Below, in pieces: positions 41,818-51,022 of a stretch of 51,022 bases of DNA. The first letter of the stretch is position 1; each line of letters opens with the position of its first letter. The stretch covers positions 37,008-88,029 of the forward strand of contig MERB01000002.1 in assembly GCA_001770475.1 (NCBI GenBank), read 5' to 3'. The notes beneath the pieces were generated by a model. It searched no databases, had not been told where the DNA came from, and saw nothing but the letters and a program-made list of their open reading frames with translations. A program made the position numbers and the translations under genes. The stretch comes from Betaproteobacteria bacterium RIFCSPLOWO2_02_FULL_66_14 (lineage in GTDB: Bacteria > Pseudomonadota > Gammaproteobacteria > Burkholderiales > SG8-39).

Positions 41818-43788
41818 ATGAGAAGCCTCTGGAGCGACGCCGAGGCCGCGGGGTATCGCGGCCCGCTCGGGCCGCGCGTCTACACTTCGCGCCTGCTCGG
41901 CCGCGAGAAATCGCTCGTGCTGCACGGCGGCGGCAATACGTCGGTCAAGCTTCACGAGGCGAATCTGTTCGGCGAAACCCGCGAAGTGCTGTACGTCAAG
42001 GGCAGCGGCTGGGATCTGGAGACGATCGAAGCCGGGGGATTTGCGCCGGTGCAACTCGATTACGTGCGGCGCCTGGCGGAACTGCCGTTGCTCAGCGACG
42101 CGCAGATGGTAAGCGAACTCGCGACGCATACCCTGCGCACCGACGCGCCCGCGGCGTCGGTCGAGACGCTGCTGCACGCGATCCTGCCGCAGGCCTACGT
42201 CGATCACACACACGCGGACGCCCTGCTTTCGGTGAGCAACGCGCCGAACGGCGAGGAACGGGTGCGCGAGATTTATGCCGACCGCGTCGTGATCGTCCCG
42301 TACGTCATGCCGGGATTCGATCTCGCGGCGCGCTGCGCCCGCGAGCTTGCGCAGCAGGCGGGCGCACGGACGATCGGCATGGTGCTCATGCGGCACGGCC
42401 TGTTTTCGTTCGGCGCAAGTGCGCGCGAGTCGTACGAGCGCATGATCGAACTGGTGAGCCTGGCCGAACGTTACCTCGACTCGAAGGGCGCGTGGCGGCT
42501 GCCGTCGGCCGAACCGCCGCAGCCCGAAGTCCAGCGAACCGAACTCGCTGCGCTGCGCAAGGCGATCAGCGATTGCGCCGGCGCGCCGATGATCCTGCGC
42601 AACAACCGCTCCGGGAGATTCCTCGGATTCGCGCAACGCGCCGACCTCGAGCGGGTGTCGCAGCGCGGTCCGGCGACTCCGGATCACGTCATCCGCACCA
42701 AGGCGACGCCCATGCTGGGGCGGGATGCCGCCGGCTTTGCGCGCCGCTACCGCGAGTATTTCGAGCGCAACGCGCCGTTCGCCCGCGAACCGAAGTCCAT
42801 GCTCGACCCGGCGCCCCGCATGGTGCTCGATCCCGCGCTCGGTTTCGCAGCGGTCGGTCGAAGCGCGAAGGATGCCCGCATCGTCGAGGATCTCTACGAC
42901 CACACCATCGACGTGGTGCTGCGCGCCGAGGCGCTCGGCGGCTGGAGCGCGGTCTCCGAGCGCGACCTGTTCGACGTCGAATACTGGGACCTCGAGCAGG
43001 CGAAACTGAAGCGCGCCGGTGCGCCGCCCGCGTTCGCCGGCGAGGTGGCGATCGTCACCGGCGCGGCCTCGGGCATCGGGCGGGCGTGCGTCGAATCGTT
43101 TTTTGGTCGCGGCGCGGCGGTGGTCGCGCTCGATCGCGATCCAGCCATCGGCACGATCTGGAAACGACCCGATGTGCTCGCGATGACCTGCGACCTGACG
43201 GATATGGAACGCACCGAGGCGGCCCTCGATCTCGCGGTTCGCGAGTTCGGCGGCGCCGACATGCTCGTTCTCAATGCAGGTGTATTTCCCGCGTCCGCGC
43301 CGCTCGAGAGCACGACGCTCGAAGCCTGGCGCAGCGCGATGAGCGTCAACGTGGACGCCAACCTGCGCCTCCTCCAGTCGTGCCATCCTCTGCTCAAACT
43401 CGCGCCGCGCGGCGGGCGCGTCGTCGTGATCGGTTCGCGCAACGTCGCGGCGCCCGGGCGCGGGGCGGCGGCCTACTCCGCATCGAAAGCTGCGCTGAAC
43501 CAGCTCGCGCGAATCGCGGCGCTCGAGTGGGCGAGGGACGCGATCCGGGTCAATTCGATTCATCCCGACGCCGTGTACGACACGGGCCTGTGGACGCCGG
43601 AGCTGCTCGAAGCGCGAGCGATGGCCTACGGACTGAGCGTCGAGCAGTACAAGCAGCGCAATCTCCTTCGAACCGAGGTGGCTTCGCGCGACGTCGCCGA
43701 ACTGGCGGCCGAGCTGTGCGGGCCGTTGTTCGCAAAGTGCACAGGCGTGCAGGTTCCGTTGGACGGCGGCCACGAAGGACTCGTCTGA
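41818..43788 (+). CDS. Bifunctional class II aldolase / short-chain dehydrogenase fusion (YuxG/RhaEW-like)
   Basis: The N-terminal half carries HGGGNTSVK...YVKGSGWDL...VDHTHAD. The C-terminal half carries [18 protein letters not shown] and YSASKAAL (SDR motifs). Confidence 0.88.
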   Translation: MRSLWSDAEAAGYRGPLGPRVYTSRLLGREKSLVLHGGGNTSVKLHEANLFGETREVLYVKGSGWDLETIEAGGFAPVQLDYVRRLAELPLLSDAQMVSELATHTLRTDAPAASVETLLHAILPQAYVDHTHADALLSVSNAPNGEERVREIYADRVVIVPYVMPGFDLAARCARELAQQAGARTIGMVLMRHGLFSFGASARESYERMIELVSLAERYLDSKGAWRLPSAEPPQPEVQRTELAALRKAISDCAGAPMILRNNRSGRFLGFAQRADLERVSQRGPATPDHVIRTKATPMLGRDAAGFARRYREYFERNAPFAREPKSMLDPAPRMVLDPALGFAAVGRSAKDARIVEDLYDHTIDVVLRAEALGGWSAVSERDLFDVEYWDLEQAKLKRAGAPPAFAGEVAIVTGAASGIGRACVESFFGRGAAVVALDRDPAIGTIWKRPDVLAMTCDLTDMERTEAALDLAVREFGGADMLVLNAGVFPASAPLESTTLEAWRSAMSVNVDANLRLLQSCHPLLKLAPRGGRVVVIGSRNVAAPGRGAAAYSASKAALNQLARIAALEWARDAIRVNSIHPDAVYDTGLWTPELLEARAMAYGLSVEQYKQRNLLRTEVASRDVAELAAELCGPLFAKCTGVQVPLDGGHEGLV

Positions 43789-43789
43789 A

Positions 43790-44752
43790 ATGAAGATCGA
43801 GCCGCTTCGGTGGCGAGGCGATGCGCTCGAGTTGCTCGACCAGCGCCGGCTTCCCGAGCAGATGGTTTACCTGCGCTGCGCGAGCGCGGAGGCGGTGGCT
43901 GCGGCGATCCGCGACATGGTGGTGCGCGGCGCGCCCGCGATCGGATGCGCGGCGGCGTTCGGCGTCGTTCTCGGCCGCGGTGCGGAATCCGCGTACGAGG
44001 CGCTTGCGAAAAGCCGCCCCACTGCGGTCAACCTGTTCTGGGCGCTGGAGCGGATGCGCGGCGCGCGCGATCTCGAAGCCGAGGCGATTGCCCTCCTCGC
44101 CGAAGACATCGCCACCAATCGCGCCATCGGCGCGCACGGCGCGGCGCTGATTCCGGAGGGCGCGCGAATCCTCACGCACTGCAATGCGGGCGCGCTTGCG
44201 ACCGCCGGATACGGCACCGCGCTGGGCGTGGTTCGCGCCGCGCACGAGGCCGGTCGGCGAATCTCGGTGATCGCGAGCGAGACGCGACCCTACCTGCAGG
44301 GTGCGCGGCTCACGACCTGGGAACTGCAGCAGGAGAACATTCCCGCGACGCTCATCACCGACGGCATGGCCGGCCACCTCATGAGCCGCGGCGAGATCGA
44401 CCTCGTGATCGTGGGCGCAGACCGGATCGCGGCCAACGGCGACGTCGCAAACAAGATCGGCACCTACACGCTCGCGGTTCTCGCGCGCCGGCACGAGTTG
44501 CCCTTCTACGTTGCCGCGCCGGTGTCCACCTTCGATCCGAACATTCCCGACGGCTCGTTGATCCCGATCGAGGAGCGACACGCCGAGGAAGTGACCGGCT
44601 TTCGCGGAGCACGCTGGGCGCCACCCGGAATCGCGGTGCGCAATCCCGCGTTCGACGTCACACCGGCGGAACTCGTCTCGGCGATCGTCTGCGAGAAGGG
44701 GATCGTGCCACGACCCGACGCGGCCGGGCTGCGCGCGCTGCTGCGGTCCTGA
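43790..44752 (+). CDS. mtnA: S-methyl-5-thioribose-1-phosphate isomerase
   Basis: [37 protein letters not shown] and [18 protein letters not shown] are present. Confidence 0.9.
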   Translation: MKIEPLRWRGDALELLDQRRLPEQMVYLRCASAEAVAAAIRDMVVRGAPAIGCAAAFGVVLGRGAESAYEALAKSRPTAVNLFWALERMRGARDLEAEAIALLAEDIATNRAIGAHGAALIPEGARILTHCNAGALATAGYGTALGVVRAAHEAGRRISVIASETRPYLQGARLTTWELQQENIPATLITDGMAGHLMSRGEIDLVIVGADRIAANGDVANKIGTYTLAVLARRHELPFYVAAPVSTFDPNIPDGSLIPIEERHAEEVTGFRGARWAPPGIAVRNPAFDVTPAELVSAIVCEKGIVPRPDAAGLRALLRS

Positions 44753-44777
44753 GCTCGAACGGCAAACCGCCCCGGAG

Positions 44778-44815
44778 TTGCCGGACGCTCGTCCAATGCG
44801 TACACTATAGGTGTA
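44778..44815 (+). promoter_or_regulatory. Candidate promoter and operator of the toxin-antitoxin pair
   Basis: TTGCCG-N17-TACACT, with the -10 element embedded in the inverted repeat TACAC-TATAG-GTGTA. GGAG lies 7 nt before the ATG at 44833. Confidence 0.45.
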
Positions 44816-44832
44816 TACATTGGAGATCTCGA

Positions 44833-45066
44833 ATGGATGTCGGTACCCGAGAACTGCGCGAGCGCCTCAGCGACCTGCTCGATCGCGTCGCGCGCGGCGA
44901 GAAAATCGTGGTGCGCCGGCGCGGCCGTCCCGCCGCCGTGCTGGTTCCGGTGGAGCATCGCGGCCGCGGGCTACCCAGCCTCGCGGAATTCCGCGCCCGC
45001 CTGCGACTGCGCGGCCGTCCGATGAGTGCCGAAGTCATTGCCGCACGCGAGGACGAGCGCGCCTGA
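44833..45066 (+). CDS. Type II antitoxin, Phd/YefM-like
   Basis: MDVGTRELRERLSDLLDRVARGEKIVVRRRGRPAAVLVPVE. It is 77 aa and lies directly upstream of a PIN-domain ORF. Confidence 0.85.
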   Translation: MDVGTRELRERLSDLLDRVARGEKIVVRRRGRPAAVLVPVEHRGRGLPSLAEFRARLRLRGRPMSAEVIAAREDERA

Positions 45067-45491
45067 ATCAATACCTCGACACCTCGGTACTCGCACCCTA
45101 TTACGTTCCGGAACCGCTCAGCGAGCGGGTCGAGCGCCTGCTGATGCGCGCGCCACAACTCGTGATCTCGGCGCTCGTAGAAGTCGAATTTGCGTCCGCC
45201 CTCGGACGCCGCGTACGCGTCGGTGATTTGAACGCTGCCTCCGCTCGGGCCGCGCTGACCCAATTCCACGCCCATCAATCCGAAGGGTTCTACCGCCTGA
45301 TTCCGATCGAGCGCTCGCACTTCGATCGCGCGCGGCGCTGGATCGAAACTCTGAGAACGCCGCTGCGCACGCTCGACGCGCTGCATCTCGCGTTGGCGGC
45401 CGATAGCGGCAGCGTCTTGATCACGGCCGACGTCCGGCTTGCGCGCGCCGCGAGCAGCCTTCGGGTCCGTCGGCGCCTGTTGCGCGCCTGA
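45063..45491 (+). CDS. vapC: Type II toxin VapC (PIN-domain ribonuclease)
   Basis: NQYLDTSVL..., VEVEF, LDALHLALA and LITAD supply the conserved acidic positions. The only available start is CTG 45063, which overlaps the antitoxin TGA. Confidence 0.78.
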   Translation: MNQYLDTSVLAPYYVPEPLSERVERLLMRAPQLVISALVEVEFASALGRRVRVGDLNAASARAALTQFHAHQSEGFYRLIPIERSHFDRARRWIETLRTPLRTLDALHLALAADSGSVLITADVRLARAASSLRVRRRLLRA

Positions 45492-45504
45492 CCTGCCGGA
45501 CCGG

Positions 45505-46436
<932 letters not shown>

Positions 46437-47195
46437 TCAGCGCACGCCACGCCGGAACCGATAGCCCTTGTAGGTCATCACCATGCCGTCGGGCGTGATC
46501 TGCTCGAGCTTGAGGTCCGGTGACACCGAGCCGCCCTCACGCAGCAGGAGATCGTTGATTCCGACGAGGCGCTCCTTGGGAACGGGCGAGTAGGCATGGA
46601 CCGTGATCTGCAGTTTCGGGATTTCCACCTGAACCTCGACGGGCAGGTCCGAAAATCTCACGATCGGTTGCTCGGGCGGTGCTTTGCCGGGACGGGAATC
46701 GGCCGTCCCACCGGCAGGCGATTTCGCGGGTGACTTGGGTGCCGGCGCTACGGTTTCGCGCGAACTTCTGCTGGGTCGTGCCTTGACCACGGCTTCAACC
46801 TCAGCGCCGGCCTCTGTCTTTTCGACCGGTTTCGCGACTGGCGCCGGCGCAACCGCAGCCCGAGAGGCAGGCGGAGGTTTCTGCACCGGCGCGGCCGGTT
46901 GCTGCACCCCATCGGCGGGTGCTGCAGCCACGACCGGAGCAGATGAGGGGGTGCTTGCGGGAGGCGCGGCGAGCGGCGCCGATGCCGGCGCAGGTGCGTG
47001 CCGCGCACTTTTCCAGGGCTGCAGCGATCCGATCAGGACCCCTGCGACGAGCAAAGCGCCGCCGAGCATCCAATAGGACATCGATTTTCGCCGTGGCGGC
47101 GCAAGCGTCGCTGCTTGCGGAGTCAGCAGGGTCGGCGTCGCTCCGCGGCGCCGCTGCTCGTCGGACTTCCGGAGTGCATCGAGGATGTAGGACAT
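46437..47195 (-). CDS. gspB: Type II secretion accessory protein GspB/ExeB-like
   Basis: It has the N-terminus MSYILDALRKSDEQRR, a transmembrane segment, an Ala/Pro-rich linker and a C-terminal DLKLEQITPDGMVMTYKGYRF. It follows exeA. Confidence 0.75.
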   Translation of the reverse strand: MSYILDALRKSDEQRRRGATPTLLTPQAATLAPPRRKSMSYWMLGGALLVAGVLIGSLQPWKSARHAPAPASAPLAAPPASTPSSAPVVAAAPADGVQQPAAPVQKPPPASRAAVAPAPVAKPVEKTEAGAEVEAVVKARPSRSSRETVAPAPKSPAKSPAGGTADSRPGKAPPEQPIVRFSDLPVEVQVEIPKLQITVHAYSPVPKERLVGINDLLLREGGSVSPDLKLEQITPDGMVMTYKGYRFRRGVR

Positions 47196-47200
47196 CCCCC

Positions 47201-48835
47201 CTACTCCCCGGGTCCGCGCAGCAGCCTGGGCGCTGAAGAATCGTTCACGCCGCTCAGCCGCATCAGCGTCTGCGGTCCCACGATCCCGTCGGGAATCAGT
47301 CCTTTCGAAAACTGGAACTGCCTCACTTGCTTTTCCATCGCGTCGTCGAATCCGGTTCCCGTAGCGGGAACGGCCTGCCTGCCCTGCCAGACTGCAAGCT
47401 GCCCGGCCAGCCAGGCCACGGCGGGTCCGGTCTGACCGGGCTTGATGCTCTCGCGCGCCTCCGGCGGCGCGCGCCACAGCGCGGTGAAATGTCCCGACCA
47501 TTGGGCGGCGAGCGCGGCAAGCGCGACCGGGCGCGCCTCGCCGCCAAGATCGAGCGTCGCCGACCGTGCGTCGAGCTGCAACAGCGTCGCGAAGAATTCC
47601 TGTCCGTCGGCAGCGCGCAGCGCGAGGATCGCGGGCCGGTTCATCTCGCGCAATTCGTCCATTCCGCCGCGAGCGCTACGGCAGCGCAGGCCGAGGGTTT
47701 CCGCCTGCCGGCAGAGGTCCCCGCCTTCGTAGTTTGCGCCCCAGGCCTTCAGCAGCGCCGCTTGCGCGAGCGCACGGCTGCGGGCGCGCGGTTCGCGCTC
47801 CGGCCACTCGATCGCCTGTGCCAGGCTGGGCACGGGCTTGTCCTGCTGCAGATTCTTCGACGAGTTCGAGGGCGCGGACGTGGCTGCGGATTTCGCGCCC
47901 GCGGCAGGCGCGGACTTCGAGATCTCTCGCAGATCCTGCTGATAGACCGCGACGGCCATCGCACCGCCTGCGACCAGCACCAGAACGGCGATCAACGCCT
48001 GGCGCATCCGAGGCGTCGGGCTCGCTTTCCTGCCGAACACTTCGCTCGCCGCCGTGTCGAGCGTCGCGCGATCGACTCGCTCCTTGCCTTGCACGTAAGC
48101 GCCGAGCAGAGCCCGATCGCACAGCACGTTGATTACGCGCGGAACGCCCTTGCTCAGGCGGTACAGCCGTCCCATGACCGAATCGGGAAACAGTTGCCGT
48201 TCCGCACCCGCAACCTGGAGGCGATGCCGCACGTACGCGGCGACGTCGGGCCGGCTCAACGGGCCGAGGTGATAACGCGCGACGATTCGCTGCGCCAGCT
48301 GTCGCATCGACGGACGCTCGAGCATCGCCAGGAGTTCGGGCTGTCCGAGCAGGATGATCTGAAGCAGCTTGCGCTGGTTGGTCTCCAGATTGGTGAGCAG
48401 GCGCATCTGCTCCAGCACTTCGGCCGAAAGATTCTGCGCCTCGTCGATGATCAGCACGGTGTGCCGGCCGCGCGAATTCGCGTCGAGCAGGTGCGCGTTG
48501 ATGCAGTCCACGAACACCTTGATGCTGGTCGTGCCCGGCGGGCACGCAATGCCGAGTTCAGCGCAGACGGTCTGGAGCAGTTCCTCGACCGTCAGCTTCG
48601 GATTGAAGACGTAGGCGACGTCGCAGGTCGCGGGAACCTGCTCCAGCAGGCAGCGGCAGACCGTGGTCTTGCCCGCACCGACCTCTCCGGTCAGCAGGAC
48701 GAATCCGCCGTCGCCGTTGACGCCGTAGAGCAGGTGCGCGAGCGCTTCCTGGTGACTGCGCGTCATGTACAGGTAACGCGGATCCGGCGCGATCGAGAAC
48801 GGCGCCTCGGCAAAACCGAAATAGCTCAGGTACAT
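47201..48835 (-). CDS. exeA: ExeA/GspA-like AAA ATPase with a C-terminal peptidoglycan-binding domain
   Basis: MYLSYFGFAEAPFSIAPDPRYLY, GEVGAGKTT (Walker A), IIDEAQ and a C-terminal QFQFSKGLIPDGIVGPQTLMRL are present. Confidence 0.85.
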   Translation of the reverse strand: MYLSYFGFAEAPFSIAPDPRYLYMTRSHQEALAHLLYGVNGDGGFVLLTGEVGAGKTTVCRCLLEQVPATCDVAYVFNPKLTVEELLQTVCAELGIACPPGTTSIKVFVDCINAHLLDANSRGRHTVLIIDEAQNLSAEVLEQMRLLTNLETNQRKLLQIILLGQPELLAMLERPSMRQLAQRIVARYHLGPLSRPDVAAYVRHRLQVAGAERQLFPDSVMGRLYRLSKGVPRVINVLCDRALLGAYVQGKERVDRATLDTAASEVFGRKASPTPRMRQALIAVLVLVAGGAMAVAVYQQDLREISKSAPAAGAKSAATSAPSNSSKNLQQDKPVPSLAQAIEWPEREPRARSRALAQAALLKAWGANYEGGDLCRQAETLGLRCRSARGGMDELREMNRPAILALRAADGQEFFATLLQLDARSATLDLGGEARPVALAALAAQWSGHFTALWRAPPEARESIKPGQTGPAVAWLAGQLAVWQGRQAVPATGTGFDDAMEKQVRQFQFSKGLIPDGIVGPQTLMRLSGVNDSSAPRLLRGPGE

Positions 48836-49256
48836 GGACGACTGCAGTCGATCGGCCGCGAGGCAGTCATTATAGGAGCCGGGTCTGCAAGGCCATCCCG
48901 GCGGGCGCAGGAATCACGCCGAAAGCCCTTGAGTTCCCCGCCAGGATGAGGACCGGCCCGCGACGTCGCGCAGCGTATCCAGGGTCCGACGTATCCAAAG
49001 TCAAATGAACCCCTGCCCAGCATCCGTTAATGTGGACTGCATTTGACCTACCTCAAGCGACCTGCAGTCCGGCCTTTGTATGTTCTGCACAGTCCTTTAT
49101 GTTCCATTCAAGTCAAAGCGTTCGGAGCGGAGGCCAAAGTGCAGAGAGAGGGTAGTGCTTGAGCACCCGTGGCTTCCCGGCTGGCCTTGTCGTCGATGGC
49201 GCGATCTCGTTCCTGGTTGCGCCGAACCCACTGATCATTCCTACGGAAAAATAACG

Positions 49257-51022
49257 ATGAAATCCACTCTGGTTCGTGCGGGTCTCGTGGCGTTGATGGT
49301 TGGCGCAATCGCGGGTTGCGGTGGTGGTGGGGGTGGGGGAGGAGCGCCGGCACCGGCGCCAGCGCCAGCGCCAGCGCCAGCACCGGCTGCTCCGGCCGTC
49401 GCTCCGGCGCCGGCTCCGACGGGCACCGCGCCGATCAACGTCGGGACGCTCTCGGCAGACCAGTTCGCGGCGCTCGCGCCGCAGGTTGCGGTCGGCGGAG
49501 CGCTCGTCGCAAGCCCGCCGCAGATCAGTTTCTCGCTGGCTGACGCCAACGGCAACCCGATCATCGGGTTTGGCGGCAAAAGCACTCGAGCCACGGATCC
49601 GAACGGCTACCGTTACAACAACGTGTCGTTCGCGATTGCCAAGCTGATCCCGGGAACGGCAACGACCGGTGCGGGCTCCACGCGCAGCCGCTGGGTCAGC
49701 TACATGGTCGTTACCACGACCAAGGACGCGACGACCGGAGCGCTCACGCAGACCCCGGGCCGTCCAGGCACCGAGAGCATCGGTGAGCTGGTGGACAACG
49801 GCAACGGCACGTACGTCTACAAGTTCTATCGCGACATCTCGGAGGTCGCGCAACTGGTCGCCGATGCGACCACGACCTCGACCAAGGCGGATCTCGGCGA
49901 TCTGGCCTACGACGCGAACGCGGTGCACCGCATGACGATCCAGATTTCTGGCAACGCGCCGGGCACCAGCACCAACACGCCGACCGGGGCGGATTCGGGC
50001 GTCACGGGCGTTCCGATGAAGAACCCCGTCAACGTCGTGTTTGACTTCATTCCCGCAACCGGCAAGGCGGTGGCAGCCGGCGACCCGTCGCGCGACGTCG
50101 TGGCGACGGCGAACTGCAACGAATGCCACAACAAGCTGAACGCGCTCGGCTTCCACGGCAGCGCCCGCTACGAAACCAAGTACTGCGTGGTCTGCCACAC
50201 CGAGCAGCGCAAGTTCGGCCGCGCCAACTCCACGTCGACGGTCGACGCGACGACGAAAGAGGTCAAGCTGAGTGGCTCGACCTACCGTCTGGGCGCAGGA
50301 ACGGCCACCGATTCGCTCAGCAACGGCGACACCGGAGGTGAGGCACTCGGCAATTTCCCGAACTATATCCACAAGATCCACAACGGGTTTTCGCTGAGCA
50401 AGACCGGCTACAACTATGCCAACGTCAAGTTCAACGAGATCGGCTTCTCGATTCTCGAAGAAGGCCAGAGGGCGTGCGCCAAGTGCCACAAGAACTCGGC
50501 TCAGGCCGAGAACTGGAACGCGCTGCCGAGCAAGCTCGCCTGCGGTGCGTGCCATGACGGTATCAACTTCACGACCGGAAAGGGTACGACGCTTGCCAAT
50601 GCGGCCGCAGCCGTAAGCGTGGGCGACGTGATCGCGCAGGGCAATCACCTGGGAGGCGCGATCGAGAATGAAGCGGCCTGCGCCATCTGCCATACGTCGA
50701 GTGCGATCAAGACGGTGCACCAGTTGGTGAACAAGACCACGCACAACCCGACCATCGAGGCGGGCTTGGTGCACTTCACCTACGACATCGCCTCGGCGAC
50801 CGTCGATGCGGCCAACGCCCTGACGGTAAAGTTCAGGATCCTGGCTGCGACGGCTCCCTCGACGACCGCGGCGCCCGTCACGTTCAACACGAGCGGAACG
50901 ACGCTGCTGACTGGTTTCACGGGTGGACCGAGCTTCCTGCTCCCCTACGCCATGACGCAGGACGGCGTCACCAACCCGGCCGACTGGAACAACTTGGGCC
51001 GGGCCAACGGACAGCCGCAAAG
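49257..51022 (+). CDS. MtrC/OmcA-like multiheme c-type cytochrome lipoprotein, 3'-truncated by the window edge
   Basis: The frame is open from ATG 49257 to the window end. The lipobox is LMVGAIAGC, followed by a Gly8 run and an (AP)n linker. A heme-free N-terminal domain of about 290 aa comes next. Five in-frame CxxCH motifs follow: CNECH at 50115, CVVCH at 50184, CAKCH at 50475, CGACH at 50541 and CAICH at 50679. A second heme-free segment follows those. The ORF is not in the track because no stop lies in the window. Confidence 0.85.
   Translation, partial: MKSTLVRAGLVALMVGAIAGCGGGGGGGGAPAPAPAPAPAPAPAAPAVAPAPAPTGTAPINVGTLSADQFAALAPQVAVGGALVASPPQISFSLADANGNPIIGFGGKSTRATDPNGYRYNNVSFAIAKLIPGTATTGAGSTRSRWVSYMVVTTTKDATTGALTQTPGRPGTESIGELVDNGNGTYVYKFYRDISEVAQLVADATTTSTKADLGDLAYDANAVHRMTIQISGNAPGTSTNTPTGADSGVTGVPMKNPVNVVFDFIPATGKAVAAGDPSRDVVATANCNECHNKLNALGFHGSARYETKYCVVCHTEQRKFGRANSTSTVDATTKEVKLSGSTYRLGAGTATDSLSNGDTGGEALGNFPNYIHKIHNGFSLSKTGYNYANVKFNEIGFSILEEGQRACAKCHKNSAQAENWNALPSKLACGACHDGINFTTGKGTTLANAAAAVSVGDVIAQGNHLGGAIENEAACAICHTSSAIKTVHQLVNKTTHNPTIEAGLVHFTYDIASATVDAANALTVKFRILAATAPSTTAAPVTFNTSGTTLLTGFTGGPSFLLPYAMTQDGVTNPADWNNLGRANGQPQ
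49356..49379 (+). repeat. Perfect (GCGCCA)x4 hexanucleotide repeat inside the cytochrome linker
   Basis: Read directly from the sequence. It is embedded in a longer imperfect Ala-Pro coding tract, 49344-49418. Confidence 0.8.

Noticed and set aside
41794-43773. The upstream 660 aa of the 799-aa minus-strand ORF.
   Set aside because: Only the C-terminal 139 aa (GNAT) look real. The rest is antisense to the aldolase/SDR gene, which carries unambiguous TGxxxGxG and YxxxK motifs.
49320-49430. The short tandem repeats could be CRISPR-like or a non-coding microsatellite.
   Set aside because: The repeats are in frame within a coding Gly/Ala-Pro linker. No spacer-repeat architecture occurs anywhere in the window.
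49113-51020. A 635-aa minus-strand ORF.
   Set aside because: It is antisense to the lipoprotein/CxxCH cytochrome frame. It is Arg-rich and low-complexity, with no recognisable domain.

Overview
High-GC window with Betaproteobacteria-like core-genome synteny, densely coding and largely housekeeping. Gene blocks in order: uvrB; rne divergent from rluC, then HAD, Rieske and sppA; maf divergent from yceD-rpmF-plsX-fabH-fabD-fabG-acpP-fabF; rpoE-rseA-rseB-degP; lepA-lepB-rnc-era-recO-pdxJ-acpS-nagZ; efp; uvrC-pgsA-tRNA(Gly,Cys,Leu); mltG-tmk-holB; ygfZ; mtnA; tadA. Three real genes are absent from the ORF track: a 5'-truncated DksA/TraR gene at the left edge, rpmF (59 aa), and a plus-strand MtrC/OmcA-like multiheme lipoprotein that runs off the right edge under a 635-aa antisense ORF. 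The most unusual locus is 215-1308. A tRNA-Asn(GUU) gene there is split by a 207-nt group I intron whose full P1-P9 core can be drawn by hand. A small I-Ssp6803I-like PD-(D/E)XK endonuclease ORF sits immediately upstream and reads through the tRNA 5' exon. A pilin C-terminal remnant flanks the tRNA 3' end. Other points of interest are listed here. exeA/gspB lies divergent from the multiheme cytochrome. An aldolase/SDR fusion is tightly coupled to mtnA. A palindrome in the rne leader can sequester the Shine-Dalgarno sequence. A sigma-E-type promoter precedes rpoE. A Phd/VapC pair has a non-canonical toxin start. A secreted ankyrin protein is appended to the holB operon. No CRISPR arrays, rRNA genes or transposases were seen. 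All family assignments come from reading the translations; no searches were run.
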